A stretch of 64,000 bases of DNA from Antedon mediterranea (GCF_964355755.1 NC_092673.1:19279648-19343647); one strand, 5' to 3'. Positions 42,101-57,100 are shown, counted from the stretch's first letter. A program made the numbers and translations. The notes: generated from the sequence alone by a model not told the origin.

Positions 42101-45100
42101 TGTTATAATTAGGCAGTACCTACATGTATTTTGTAATTTCAATTTTACTGTCCAACTACTTACATCTTTCCAAGACAGGCATTTATGAGGCATGTTTTAC
42201 CCACTCCTTCCTGTCCAATCACCTTAAGCATTCCAAGATTGACTGCGACAGATCCTCCTTTCAAAGCTTCCTTGTAAGCTTCCTGATACTCTAATTCACG
42301 AGCAGCAATATCAGATGGAATATCTGAAAATTGAATCAAGATTTTAATAGATTTTTAAAACATCTGGAGTAAATAAAGTTAAAAAAAAAAAAATCATCAA
42401 TCAAGCATGCCACATAAATCTGCAAACTAGCTCCATTCCATTATTACAGTATTTTGGATGAAAACAATCAACTGTTTTATTTATGATAAATAAAATCTCT
42501 CCATTTGTTATTAGTTGCACACTTTTTCGCCTTTTTACAGTACCGCACAGAAATAATGCTTTTTTTAAATAACATTAGCGTCTAATTCTCTCCTTACTGA
42601 AATCCCATTTTAATCACAATTGTGTTAAATTATATATAGATACAATCATACAACATACAGCAGCTCTTGTGATTCTTATTAAACTCACCACTCTCTGGCT
42701 TACGAAGTTTTGTTATCTGTTTGTCACTTGTCGGTTTCTGAAATTGTGTTTGAAATTGCTCATCAACAGTACTTGGTAAATCTAAAAAAATACCAAAACA
42801 AAAATATTACATATTACATATTTTCATAAAAAACACTATATTAAAAGTCACAGCTTGGCAAAACTCTTGAATTGTCATATGGTATCTTTAAACTTTTTCA
42901 ATGGTATAAGGTTATATAAAAGCTTGTGGGTGACTGTGTACAAGCAATCGACTATACATGAAAATGGTAAACCTCATTCATTCTGGATATACTATAATAA
43001 TAATGTATTTTTTTTAACTAAAATGTATACAGTTAACAACTACAGTTATTAATTATGTCCTAAAAAATGTGTGGAACTCAAACTCATCCAAACATATAGG
43101 CGTTATGCAACATTTTTTGACAGAGATCCTGAATCTAAATCATTTCTAGCACCATACGGTTGATTAGGATTTCAATGTGTAAAGTGAAAATAAAGTAATC
43201 CTGAAATGAATAACTGGTATGATTCAGAATTTGCCAGTAGGAATTATTGACCACCTATCGTAAGTTTTTAATATGCCTTGAACTTTTTAAATGTTTTTAT
43301 TTATATTCTGTTTTATGACCAGTAACCAATTTTGTTTTTATACCTGTGTGAAAACACAATAAAGATAACTTGAACTTGAGCCCACCATGGTTTGGGCTGA
43401 ATTTTGCCAATATAGACCTGGAATTGCATTTTTAAAGGCCTACAATAAAGGCACTGTTCTTTATACACTTGGTAGAGCTTGGTTATGCTTTGTGGGACTT
43501 GGTGTTTAGAATAACACATGTATGATGCTTAATTTTAGATACAGAAAAATAGTATTCTTAAGCTGGCTTAAAAATGTGTGAAGAAAATTCATTCATTGTG
43601 GAAACAAAAAATGGGATTAACAAGAAAATGTTTTATTTTTATATTCAATATTTATCTCCTCCTATCGTAAATTGTTTTCCTCGAAGGCGAATGTGGGAAG
43701 GAGGAGTTTGAATTTGTCTATTGGTTTTACCCATAGTAAAAAAATTAGTAGAATTTAAGTAGACTTATTAGTAGAAATAGCTCTATTTTCAGTAGTTTTT
43801 TAGTAGACCTTTTTATCTCGACTACTAAGGATTTTAACTGAATGAGTCAACGATGGAACGACTACTTCCCAGCTATAAAATAGATAGTTGATTAATATTT
43901 AACTGGCTATTATCAGTTTCTTTATAGTCTATTGATAGGTCATTGGTAGTCTTGTATAGCTATAATAAGTAGACAGTAGATAGATAGATATGATACTCAT
44001 AGATTTCTAATAGCTATCTGGTAGTCCATATCTATCTATTGTATAAAATAGATAGTTTATTAACAGTTACTGGCTATTATCAGTTTGTTTATGTCTATTA
44101 ATAGGTTGCTGGTAGCCTATTGTATAGCTATTGTAAGTAGACAATAGATAGATGCATACAACTGTGTTACTCACAGATTAAAAATAGTGAAAAATCTATC
44201 TAACACTATTAGTGGGGGTTTTGAATTATGCTAATGAGGTAAAACCTATTAGGAACTATCTAAATTCTACCTAAAATCTACTTATTAGTAGGTGCTTAAT
44301 AGGTAATAGAGCTATATCTATTAAGGGGATAACTTTTAAGGCGAATAGATATAGAGATATATCTACTAAGAACTTTTAATTAAGCGCCATCATTTACGGT
44401 AGTAACCTGGTACGCACGGCGCGCTGAAAATCCGGTGATTCAGCTCCTCGAAGAAGACGAATTATTATTTAAAATGTGTGAAGGAAATTCATCCATTGTG
44501 GAAACAAAAACTGGGATTTAACAAGAAAATTAGATTTTTATATTCAATATTTATCTCCTCCTATTGTAAATTGTTTGCCTTGAATGTGAATATCAATTGT
44601 ACATAGCATTATATATAAAATAGATTAGATTTAAAAAAAAAAAATCTACATTTTACATTTATGTGCAATTAATAAAGTTCAAATATTCCTTAACAATGCA
44701 TGTCCCCCGTCCGATTATTGTAACTAGTTTAAAGTGAAGCCTCCTATCAAAAGCCCCTTGAGGTTTATTGAAGGTCCCTTTCATCTTAAAATCATCATCA
44801 TCATCATCATCATTAAAATCTCTTTATTTTTGTTATGTGTACTGTTTTGATGTATTGAATAAAGAGATTGATTTGATTTGAAAAATGATTTATTTAATAT
44901 TTTTATTTACAAGGAATTTTAAAGTTTGCGTTTTTGTGTTATTTTTATCGTATTTATAGCAAAATAATTTACATCTTGCAACATATCACAACTTCCATGT
45001 ATACTACTATCCCACTGAATTATTTAATCTATAATAAACCTGTGAATGATATATCATAAATGTTAATTTTCTTTATCTGGACATTCTTCTTCACTTGATG

Positions 45101-48100
45101 AGAAATCAAATCTTTATCGTTTGTAATGAAAACTAGTTGATCCTAAAATTTCAATAATTAAAACTTCACTTACCTTCTAAGAAGTTTAAAATTTCAGTTT
45201 TACTTTGCTCCTCTATCCACCTGTTACTTTCTAAAACTGAGACAAGTGTATTTCCATCCTATTAAAAAAATGGGTTTAGTTAATAGTAGTTTTGAGAAAT
45301 TATTGATATACAATATAACACACTTTAATTACGCATCACATACATACAGTATTATGTCATGGCTCAAACATTTACCATCTAGAGATTGGATGAAAGAGCA
45401 TCATGTGATAACACATAGATTTACTATTTTTTAACATTGGTTGTAAATTAGGACGTGAATAGAAATTACTATTTGCTAATAAATGACATCAACTTGTACA
45501 GTGCGCCTATAACACCGCCTTCAACATTGAAAGATGGAGGAGAGAGATAAATTTAATAAAAGTTTACTTTGGAAATGTAGGTAGATGTGTTAAAATGTTT
45601 GAGCCATAATAGAAAACAACAAATAGTTTTACTATAAACTTTCAAAGCAAATAATATTTGGATACTATCCAGAAACAAATGAAATATCCCTGTATAATCC
45701 CAGTACACTACCTTCTTTGCAATGTTGCTGGTGTATAATACTGACAACAAACATTATGTGAAATTGGGTTTTTTTTGTCAACCCAAACCACAGCAAAAAT
45801 TACTGCTAAATAATGTGGTAAATAATCATAAATGTCGACTATTGATAAATGAAAACAAAATATAATATCTTACCATGGATCAAATGTAGTATAGTGTCAT
45901 TAAAATCTACTTACTGTACAATATCAATCACAAAATTTGAACATTAATAATTTAATACATATTTTATAAAATTGTACAAACAAATGTTTAGATGTTAAAC
46001 ATAATGTATGAGGCCAATAAGCAGTTAAATGAATTTAAATATAAATTTAGGTAATGGGAAATTTCAGTAAATTAAGTGCAACTTCTAGAATTTTTACTCA
46101 ATGGTAGAGAAAGTTGGTACATCCTTTCAGTACTGATTTTTAACACCCAATGAAACCAATATCATACTTAAGATAAGTTAGATATTAACGATAACAAATT
46201 TAGTTTAAACCATTTGCCTCAATGAAAATCATATCATATCATGAAGCCTGATACCATCCCATCATCCAATGTACCAAAACAGGAATTTGGTGAACAATAC
46301 CGTGTAATAAACAAAATTAAGGTAATTCTCAGGATGACAATTATATTTGACTACATAAATCCCATCATATCTGTATTTATTTGCTTTGTGTACAGTGTGA
46401 CTTGGACAATTTTTAGTTATTTCCCAAAGTTTATTTATTCGAGAACCATTTGTGGGCACTTAATACTAGTATATTCAATTTTAACTAGCAACTTTATAGA
46501 ATCATTTTTCCAAAAAAGGTACGGGACTGTTTGAAAAGAATAATTTCATATTATGAAAAAAAAGATCCTAGGTTGGAAAAGGATCTCTTTAAGGCCATGT
46601 TCATAATTAGGTGGGTAGATGGACAGAAGCATTTTTTTTATAAGGTAAGGGAGGGAGCAGGTTATTCATTAATAATTATTTTTTATTAAAATTAGATTCT
46701 ATTAATTTTTTTAACATACATTTTTTTATTTGTTGTTTTATTATTAGTCAATGTAGTTGTCCCATTTTATTTCATATTTACAATTAATTAGACCATTGTC
46801 AATCGTTGCTATCTTTACAGCTACATAGGAGCAATTTATATTTGTTTTACGGTCAAAAATATGTAAACAAAATTATACTGATTCACCTGAACATATAAAA
46901 AAAGTAGATTTTTTTGTTCATTAAGAAAATTAAAGATGTATGTTATGTGATAGGAACAATGCCATGCAATAAACAAAATTAAGTTAATTCTCAGGATGAC
47001 AATTATATTTGACTACATAAATTCCATCATATCTGTATTGCTTTGTGTACAGTGCAATTTTCAGTTATTTACCAAAGTTCTTGTATTCAAGAAGCATCTG
47101 TGAGCACTTACTAGTATATTATATTTTAGCGAGAAATCATTTTTCCAAAAAAGTCATAAGATAAGAGACGGAACTTTTCTTAAAAGCATTCAGTTTGAAA
47201 AGAATAATTTCATATTACCTTTCTTTTTTAAATTGCATTACTCAAACAATTTAGATTTTGAAAACTAACAAAACATTGTTTACATTTCTCTTCCTTTTGT
47301 GGCCAAATGTTTGCACAAAAAGATCCTAGGTTGGAAAAGGATTTCTTTAAGGCCATTTTCATAATTAGCTGCATTTTTTTTGTAAGATAAGGGAAGGAGC
47401 ACATTATTAATTAATAATCGTTTTTTCTTAAAATCAGATTCTATTAATTTTTTTAACATAAACATTTTTAGTTGTTTAGTAGTTGTCGCATTTTATTTCA
47501 TATTTACAATTAATTAGACCGTTGTCAATAATTGTTAATTAATAACTGAATATATTAAAAAATAGATTTTTTTGTTGATTAAGAAAATTAAAGATTTATG
47601 TTATATGATAGGTAACTGTACACTTTAAATCAGATCATAAATCATATATAACTATTTAGTTATTTTTTTATTTGGTTTGTTTTAATCAAATTTGATTTTT
47701 GTTAATGTGCTTACTTTTTTCTCTCATTAAATGGTTTACTTTACAGATCTATATAATGTTAGCTTATTACACTAGCAAATCCCTGTACATTTACCTCATT
47801 TTGCAATGCTACTGGTGCCCCATGCTGAATGAGACAAGTCACTATTTCTAAGGTAGCTGTACATACACGCCTCAGATATGAATGTAATGGAGTGTCACCA
47901 TCCAGGAAAGGAATCATAATGAAGTTTATAAATACTGACAACAGACATTATGTGAAATTGTTTGTTTTTTGTCAATACAAACAACAACAATTGCTGCTAA
48001 ATATTATGGTAAATAATCATAATTATCATTATTAATAAATGAGTAGAACAAAATAGAATGGTTTACCACAGCATATCTATAGAATGTTAGCTTCTTACAC

Positions 48101-51100
48101 TAGCAAATCCCTGTACATTTACCTTATTTTGAAATGCTACTGGTGCCCCATGCTGAATGAGACACGTCACTATTTCTGAGGTAGGGTCTCTATGCCTCAG
48201 ATAGTAATGTAATAGAGTGTCACCATCCTGGAAAGGAATCATAATGAAGTTTATAAATACTGACAACAGACATTATGTGAAATTGTTTGTTTTTTTGTCA
48301 ATACAAACAACAACAATTGCTGCTAAATATTGTGGTAAATAATCATAATTATCATTATTAATAAATGAGTAGAACAAAATAGAATGGTTTACCACAGCAT
48401 ATCTATAGAATGTTAGCCTATTACACTAGCAAATCCCTGTACATTACCTTCTTTTGCAATGTTGTTGGTGTATAATACTGACAACAGACATTATGTGAAA
48501 TTGGGGGTTTTTTTGTCAACCCAAACCATAGCAAGAATTACTGCTAAATAATGTGGTCAATAATCCTAATTGACATGATTGATAAATGAGAACAAAATAG
48601 AATATCTTACCATGGATCAGATCTAAAGATTGTTAGCCTATTACTATTACAGAAGCATTTTTTTGTAAGGTAAGGGAGGGAGCAGGTTATTAATTAATAA
48701 TTATTTTTTTATTAAAATCAGATTCTATTAATTTTTTTGACATAAGCATTTTTATTTGTTATTTTATTATTAATCAATGTAGTTGTCCCATTTTATTTCA
48801 TCTTTACAATTAATTAGACCATTGTCAATCATTGTTATCTTTACAGCTACATATGACCAATTTATATTTGTTTTACGGTCAAAAATAAGTAAACAAAATT
48901 ATACTGATTCACCTGAATATAAAAAAATGTCCAATTGCATTGCTCGAACAATTTTAGATTTTGGAAACCACTATAAACTAAACATTATTTAGTTTTACAT
49001 TTCTCTTCCATTTGTGGCAAAATGTTTGCAAAAAAAAAAAATGCTGGAAAAAGATCTCTTTAAAAGGCCATATTCAATCTGTAATTAGCTGGATATACTG
49101 ACAGAAGTATTTTTTTGGAAGGTAAGGGAGGGAGCAAGTTATTAACAATTAATAATTCTTTTTTATTAAAATCAGATTCTATTAATTTTGTTAACAATAA
49201 CACAAACATTTTTGTTTGCTATTTTATTATTTGTCAACAAACTGTAGTTGTCCAATTTTATTTCATATTTATAATTAATTAGACCATTTTCAATTGTTGT
49301 TATCTTTACAGCTACATATGACCAGGGAGTTGTCATTTTACAACTCCCTGATATGACCAATATATATTTATTTTATGGTAAAAATATTTAAACAAAATTA
49401 TAGTGATTCACCTGAATATAAAAAATTACAAGTAGATTGTTTTTGTTCATTAAGAAAAAAGATATATGTTATTTGATGAATAACTGTATACTTTAAATCA
49501 GTTATCATAAATCATATATAACTGTTTAGTTATTATTTTAATTTGATTTCTTTTAATAAAATTTGATTTTTGTTAATGTGCTTACTTTTTTCTCTCATTG
49601 AATGGTTTACTTCAGCATATCTATATAATGTTAGCTTATTACACTAGCAAATCCCTGTACATTTACCTTATTTTGCAATGCTACTGGTGCCCCATGCTGA
49701 ATGAGACAAGTCACTATTTCCAAGGTAGCTGTAAATCCCATCACCAGATATGAATGTAATAGAGTGTCACCATTCTGGAAAGGAATCATAATGAAGTTTA
49801 TAAATACTGACAACAGACATTATGTGAAATTGTTTGTTTTTTTTTGTCAATACAAACAACAACAATTGCTGCTAAATATTGTGATAAATAATCATAATTA
49901 TCATTATTAATAAATGAGTAGAAAAAAATAGAATGGTTTACCACAGGATATCTATATAATGTTAGCCTATTACACTAGCAAATCCCTGTACATTACCTTA
50001 TTTTGCAATGCCACTGGTGCCCCATGCTGAATGAGACACGTCACTATTTCTAAGGTAGGGTATCCTCTCCCCAGATATGAATGTAATGGAGTGTAACCAT
50101 CCTGGAAAGGAATCATAATGAAGTTTATAAATACTGACAACAGACATTATGTGAAATTGTTTGTTTTTTTTGTCAATACAAACAACAACAATTGCTGCTA
50201 AATATTGTGATAAATAATCATAATTATCATTATTAATAAATGAGTAGAACAAAATAGAATGGTTTACCACAGCATATCTATATAATGTTAGCTTATTACA
50301 CTAGCAAATCCCTGTACATTACCTTATTTTGCAATGCCACTGGTGCCCCATGCTGAATGAGACACGTCACTATTTCTAAGGTAGGTGTATATCCACCCCA
50401 CAGATATGAATGTAATGGAGTGTTACCATTCTGGAAAGGAATCATAATGGAATTTATAAATACTGACAACAGACATTATGTGAAATTGTTTGTTTTTTTT
50501 TGTCAATACAAACAACAACAATTGCTGCTAAATATTGTAGTAAATAATCATAATTATCATTATTAATAAATGAGTAGAACAAAATAGAATGGTTTACCAC
50601 AGCATATCTATAGAATGTTAGCTTATTACACTAGCAAATCCCTGTACATTTACCTTATTTTGCAATGCTACTGGTGCCCCATGCTGAATGAGACACGTCA
50701 CTATTTCTAAGGTAGGTGTATATCCACCCCACAGATATGAATGTAATGGAGTGCTACCATTCTGGAAAGGAATCATAATGGAATTTATAAATACTGACAA
50801 CAGACATTATGTGAAATTGTTTGTTTTTTTTTGTTAATACAAACAACAACAATTGCTGCTAAATATGGTGGTAAATAATCATAATTATCATTATTAATAA
50901 ATGAGTAGAACAAAATAGAATGGTTTACCACAGTATATCTATAGAATGTTAGCCTATTACACTAGCAAATCCCTGTACATTTACCTTATTTTGCAATGCT
51001 ACTGGTGCCCCATGCTGAATGAGACAAGTCACTATTTCTAAGGTAGGTGCAGAATATCCAATCACCAGATAGTCATGTAATGGAGTGTCACCAGACTGGA

Positions 51101-54100
51101 AAGGAATCACAATAAAGTTTATAAATACTGACAACAGACATTATGTGAAATTGTTTGTTTTTTTTGTCAATACAAACAACAACAATTGCTGCTAAATATT
51201 GTGGTAAATAATCATAATTATCATTATTAATAAATGAGTAGAACAAAATAGAATGGTTTACCACAGCATATCTATAGAATGTTAGCCTATTACACCAGCA
51301 AATCCCTGTACATTACCTTATTTTGCAATGTTACTGGTGTATAATACTGACAGACGTTATGTGAAATTGGGGGGTTTTTTTGTCAACCCAAACCATAGCA
51401 AGAATTACTGCTAAATAATGTGGTCAATAATCCTAATTGACATGATTGATAAATGAGAACAAAATAGAATATCTTACCATGGATCAGATCTAAAGATTGT
51501 TAGCCTATTACTATTACAGAAGCATTTTTTTGTAAGGTAGGGAGGGAGCAGGTTATTAATTAATAATTATTTTTTTAATTAAAATCAGATTCTATTAATT
51601 TTTTTGACGTAAGCATTTTTATTTGTTATTTTATTATTAATCAATGTAGTTGTCCCATTTTATTTCATCTTTACAATTAATTAGACCATTGTCAATCATT
51701 GTTATCTTTACAGCTACATATGACCAATTTATATTTGTTTTACGGTCAAAAATATGTAAACAAAATTATACTGATTCACCTGAATATAAAAAAATGTCCA
51801 ATTGCATTGCTCGAACAATTTTAGATTTTGGAAACTACTATAAACTAAACATTATTTACATTTCTCTTCCATTTGTGGCAAAATGCTTGCAAAAAAAAAA
51901 ATGCTGGAAAAAGATTATTCTTTTTATTATTCTTTATTAAAAACAAACCAATTGGCAGCAAATCTGCTGAATTGCATGGTAAGGAACAATATACATTCAA
52001 AAGACAAGAAAAGTATAGTCATTATAAAACAAAATAATCGCAATTACAAAATATATTTAAATGTAAACATAAAGTTTAAAAAAATAGTCAAATTGCAAGG
52101 ATATAGTATATACATTATAACTTAATTACAGTATAAAAATATAATCTTAAATTTAAGTTGCAGTATTTACATTGGTTTCTTAATTAAAGTCGACTTCAGA
52201 CAATTAAATAATTACAATTAAACATTTACAAAAACATCAAATACAAAATTAAATGAGAATTAAGAATAAATTGAGTCAAATTCAAGAAATTTCTACTAGG
52301 CCAATATGTCAAATTAATTAATATCTGGTTACATTATACATTTATTTTCTTTTATTATTTAATCAATACTGTTGAGGCAGCGAGTGAGAAACGGGATTGC
52401 ACTGTTTCCATATCTATTTGTCTTATTTTTGGGGACCTGGTATGTATTACTTTTCCGTAAGGCCATATTATGCGTACTCATATTTCTCGGAAACCACTCA
52501 GCATATCTATACGCATTAGCACATTTCTTTGCAAATTCAATGCAAAGTTGGTAACGTCTCTCAGTCATGGTATGGAGTCCCAACTGCTTCAGTGATTCCG
52601 TGTATGATACGTAATCCGCACCCACGATAATGCGGCATGCTCTCTTTTGGATTCGCTCCAATTGGTAGGTCTGTTCCTTGGTTATACTGCTATGCCAAAC
52701 CGGGACAGCGTACTCACTTATTGGGCGAACATAACACGTATACACGGAGGTCAAATCTTCAGTCGGGACACCAAACCGTTTGAGACGTGATAGCATGTAT
52801 AGTCGTCGACTACTTTTACTAATAATATCATTAAGGTGGGACTGCCAGCCAAGATTGGACTGGATAGTCAAGCCCAGAAGCCTGGTCTCAGACACCACCT
52901 CGAGCTCCACCCCAGCGATTTGAAGGTGAGGAGGGTTAGGCGGTTCCTTCATAAAACAAACCTGCATAGCCTTGCACTTACTGGGGTTGAGCTCGAGACG
53001 GTTGTCCGTTGCCCAAGCATCCAGATCCTGAACATCCACTCCAATCTGGCTGGGTTGATTTGCGGGACGAACTTCTACAAGGCTGAGGTCATCAACATAC
53101 TTAAAACTTTCAGCCAGAGACTCCTCAGAGGCATTATTGATAACTACCATGAAGATTATGGGGCCTAGCTTGGTGCCTTGTGGGACGCCACAGGAAAGCG
53201 TCTCCCACCGTGACAAGGCAGAGTGGTATTGCACTCGTTGGCGACGAGATGTAAGGAAGTTTGTTATCCATGGCAGTAACTCGCTTCTGACACCAAGCTC
53301 GAAGAGTCTCTGAATAGCTAAAGTATGATCGATACAGTCAAACGCCTTGGAGAAGTCCGTCACAATAAGGGTGCCAACATTCTTACCCTTGTCTGTACCT
53401 TTAAAAAACAAATCAAGTATTTCAATAAGACAATGGGCAGTGGATGATCCTTTTATGCCACCATATTGGTTACGATCAATTTCTTTACCTATATCTTCCA
53501 TAACCCAGTTGGAAACAAATCCCTCGCATACCTTCGCAAGAATCGATGTCAAAGATATTGGTCTTAATTTAGAGATTGAGGCAGGGGTAGTCTTTGGGAT
53601 AGGGGAAATTGTGGCATCCTTCCACATTTTAGGAACAATTCCCTCTTTTAGAGATGAGTTAAATAAGTCACAAACGGGAACGCTGAACTCGCACGCGAAC
53701 TCTTTAAGAAGTCTCCCAGGGAGGTCGTCGGGTCCAGCCGCTTTCTTACTTTTCAAATTTTTCAAGTTATTGTACATTTCCCACACTTCAATCCTAGGTG
53801 GAGCATTTGCAGGTAGAAAGGTAGGTAATTGTTTTAAGTTGATTGGGGGTCTACCTTGGGTGACAGAAGCAAATTCATTACTTATAGCTTCTGATCTGTG
53901 TACGTAAACTATGCAATCTAAAAAATCGAACCATGCTAAAATTCCCTGGCCACTCAAATCAAGATCTTGCAAATGATATCAATAACCACTTTGCATCTGT
54001 GTGCCGACAGCTTCCCCCAGTTGATGTAAATGCTCTTCCTGCATATTTGCCTTCACCTGAACCCCCGCCAAAAATTTTTCCTGGACAAGTCAGACGATTG

Positions 54101-57100
54101 ATTAATAAACTAAAGTCAAAGAAGTCTAGTCACCCTGATGACTTGCCAATTAAACTTATAAAAGAATTCGCCTTTGAAATTGCTACTCCACTTGCCCATA
54201 TTTTTAATTGTTGTCTTAATGAAGGTGTATTTCCCGAGTTATGGAAGTTAGCAACAGCCATTCCTGTTCCAAAAGTTCCTAATGTGACATCATTTCAAGA
54301 CCTCAGGCCAATTTCACTTACCCCCATCTTTGCCAAGTTGTTTGAGTCATTCCTTACTGATTGGGTGACTAGTGACATTCATCAACATTTAGATATTAAA
54401 CAATTTGGTTGCCGTAAAGGCTCATCTACTAGCCATTATCTTGTGGACATGATTAAGTCTGTAATTAGTGATATTGAAAAAGGTGATTCTTTTGTGGATA
54501 TTTGTGCCGTTGATTTTACGAAGGCCTTCGACCGAATTGACCATACGGTCATTGTTAGAAAGCTTGTCGACATCGGAGTGAGAACATCTATTATTCCCAC
54601 CATCTGTAGCTTTCTGACGGATCGTAAAATAAATACTAAACTTAGTTCATCCTTTTCCCCTTATGCCAACATCACATGTGGGATTCCACAGGGTACAAAG
54701 CTTGGGCCAATTTTGTTTCTTATATTAGTCAATGATATCTCTATGGAAGGCTGCAGATGGTGGAAGTATGTTGATGATCTCACTCTTGGTGACACTGTTA
54801 AACATGGTAATGCTCCTAAACTTCAATCTTGTCTTGATGACCTTACTGAGTGGTGTGATACAAATCACATGGTCCCTAAACCCTCTAAGTGTCATATCAT
54901 GAGAGTTAATTTTTTGAAAAGAAATATTCCCCCTCCTAATTATTACCTTAGCGGTACAACACTTAATGTTGTTTCGTATATGAAGCTCCTTGGACTTATA
55001 ATCCAGGATGACTTGAAATGGGATAATAATGTCAGTGACATGGTAAAAAGAGCATCCAAAAGGTTGTATACGTTATATATCCTTAGAAGGGCCAATGTAC
55101 CAGTTCATGATATGATATCCGTTTATGTTTGTTATATTCGCCCAATCTTAGAATACGCCTGCCCTGTGTGGCATGGAAGCATCAATAAGGCCCAAATATC
55201 GACCATTGAAAGAGTGCAAAAGAGAGTTTTACGTATTATTCTGGGTCCCGCTTTCCTTACGTATGATTCTTGAGCTTACTGATATGACCACTCTCGCATC
55301 CAGACGAGAGACGTTGATTCAAAAATTTGGAGAAAGGCTCTTGAAATCGGAATTGTACAGAACTATTTTGCCCGACTACCGCATTATTAATAGAGAGCTT
55401 AGATCAACCACGGTAGATAAACCCCTAATTAATATACCTGTTTGCAGAACTAACCGTCTTAAGACTTCGCCTGCCCTTACCATAAGTAGAATCCTTAATT
55501 CAAACAGTACCTGATCACGCTGAAGATGGCTATGTTATAAATATTTACATATATTGGCCTATGCATTTGTATATAAATTTTGGAATCTTTTTAACATAAC
55601 ATAATTTTATTTTTTTAACTGATTTTTTCAAATTTTTTAATGTTTTGTATAAATTTTTGTATTTTTTTAAATGTTTCTGTTTCCATATATTTATATATAT
55701 ATTTTTGTAAATCAACAATTTCAGCCTTCGGGCTGCATGTTTTTTATTGTATAAACCTGAATAAATAAATAAATAAAAAAATAAAAAAAAATCTCTTTAA
55801 AAGGCCATATTCAAACTGTAATTAGCTGGATATACTGACAGAAGTATTTTTTTGGAAGGTAAGGGAGGGAGCAAGTTATTAACAATTAATAATTCTTTTT
55901 TTATTAAAATCAGATTCTATTAATTTTGTTAACAATAACACAAACATTTTTGTTTGCTATTTTATTATTTGTCAACATACTGTAGTTGTCCAATTTTATT
56001 TCATATTTATAATTAATTAGACCATTTTCAATTGTTGTTATCTTTACAGCTACATATGACCAGGGAGTTGTCATTTTACAACTCCCTGATATGACCAATA
56101 TATATTTATTTTATGGTAAAAATATTTAAACAAAATTATAGTGATTCACCTGAATATAAAAAATTACAAGTAGATTGTTTTTGTTCATTAAGAAAAAAGA
56201 TATATGTTATTTGATGAATAACTGTATACTTTAAATCAGTTATCATAAATCATATATAACTGTTTAGTTATTATTTTAATTTGATTTCTTTTAATAAAAT
56301 TTGATTTTTGTTAATGTGCTTACTTTTTTCTCTCATTGAATGGTTTACTTCAGCATATCTATATAATGTTAGCTTATTACACTAGCAAATCCCTGTACAT
56401 TACCTTATTTTGCAATGCTACTGGTGCCCCATGCTGAATGAGACACGTCACTATTTCTGAGGTAGGGTATAGACTCCTCAGATGTACATGTAATGGAGTG
56501 TCACCATCCTGGAAAGGAATCAAAATCATGAAGTTTATAAATACTGACAACAGACCTTATGTGAAATTGGGGTTTTTTCACAATACAAACAACAACAATT
56601 AATGCTAAATAAAGTGGTAAATAATCATAATTATCATTATTAATAAATGAGTAGAACAAAATAGAATGGTTTACCACATCATATCTATAGAATGTTAGCC
56701 TACTACACTAGCAAATCCCTGTACATTACCTTCTTTTGCAATGCTACTGGTGCCCCATGCTGAATGAGACAAGTCACTATTTCTAAGGTAGGTGCAGTAT
56801 ATCGACCCCGCAGATATGAATGTAATAGAGTTTCACCATACTGGAAAGGAATCATAATGAAGTTTATAAATACTGACAACAGACATTATGTGAAATTGTT
56901 TGTTTTTTGTCAATACAAACAACAACAATTGCTGCTAAATATTGTGGTAAATAATCATAATTATCATTATTAATAAATGAGTAGAACAAAATAGAATGGT
57001 TTACCACAGCATATCTATAGAATGTTAGCCTATTACACTAGCAAATCCCTGTACATTACCTTATTTTGCAATGTTACTGGTGTATAATACTGACAGACGT

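Noticed and set aside
47759-51134. ORF-track 60-aa peptides MSVFINF...VQGFASVIS as standalone genes
   Set aside because: They are ankyrin exons read through into flanking intron; splice sites delimit the true 105-111-nt exons.
53894-53972. N-terminus MQDLDLSGQGILAWFDFLDCIVYVHR of the 537-aa ORF
   Set aside because: It is the antisense of the neighbouring plus-strand LINE, so the overlap is a fortuitous read-through across the junction.
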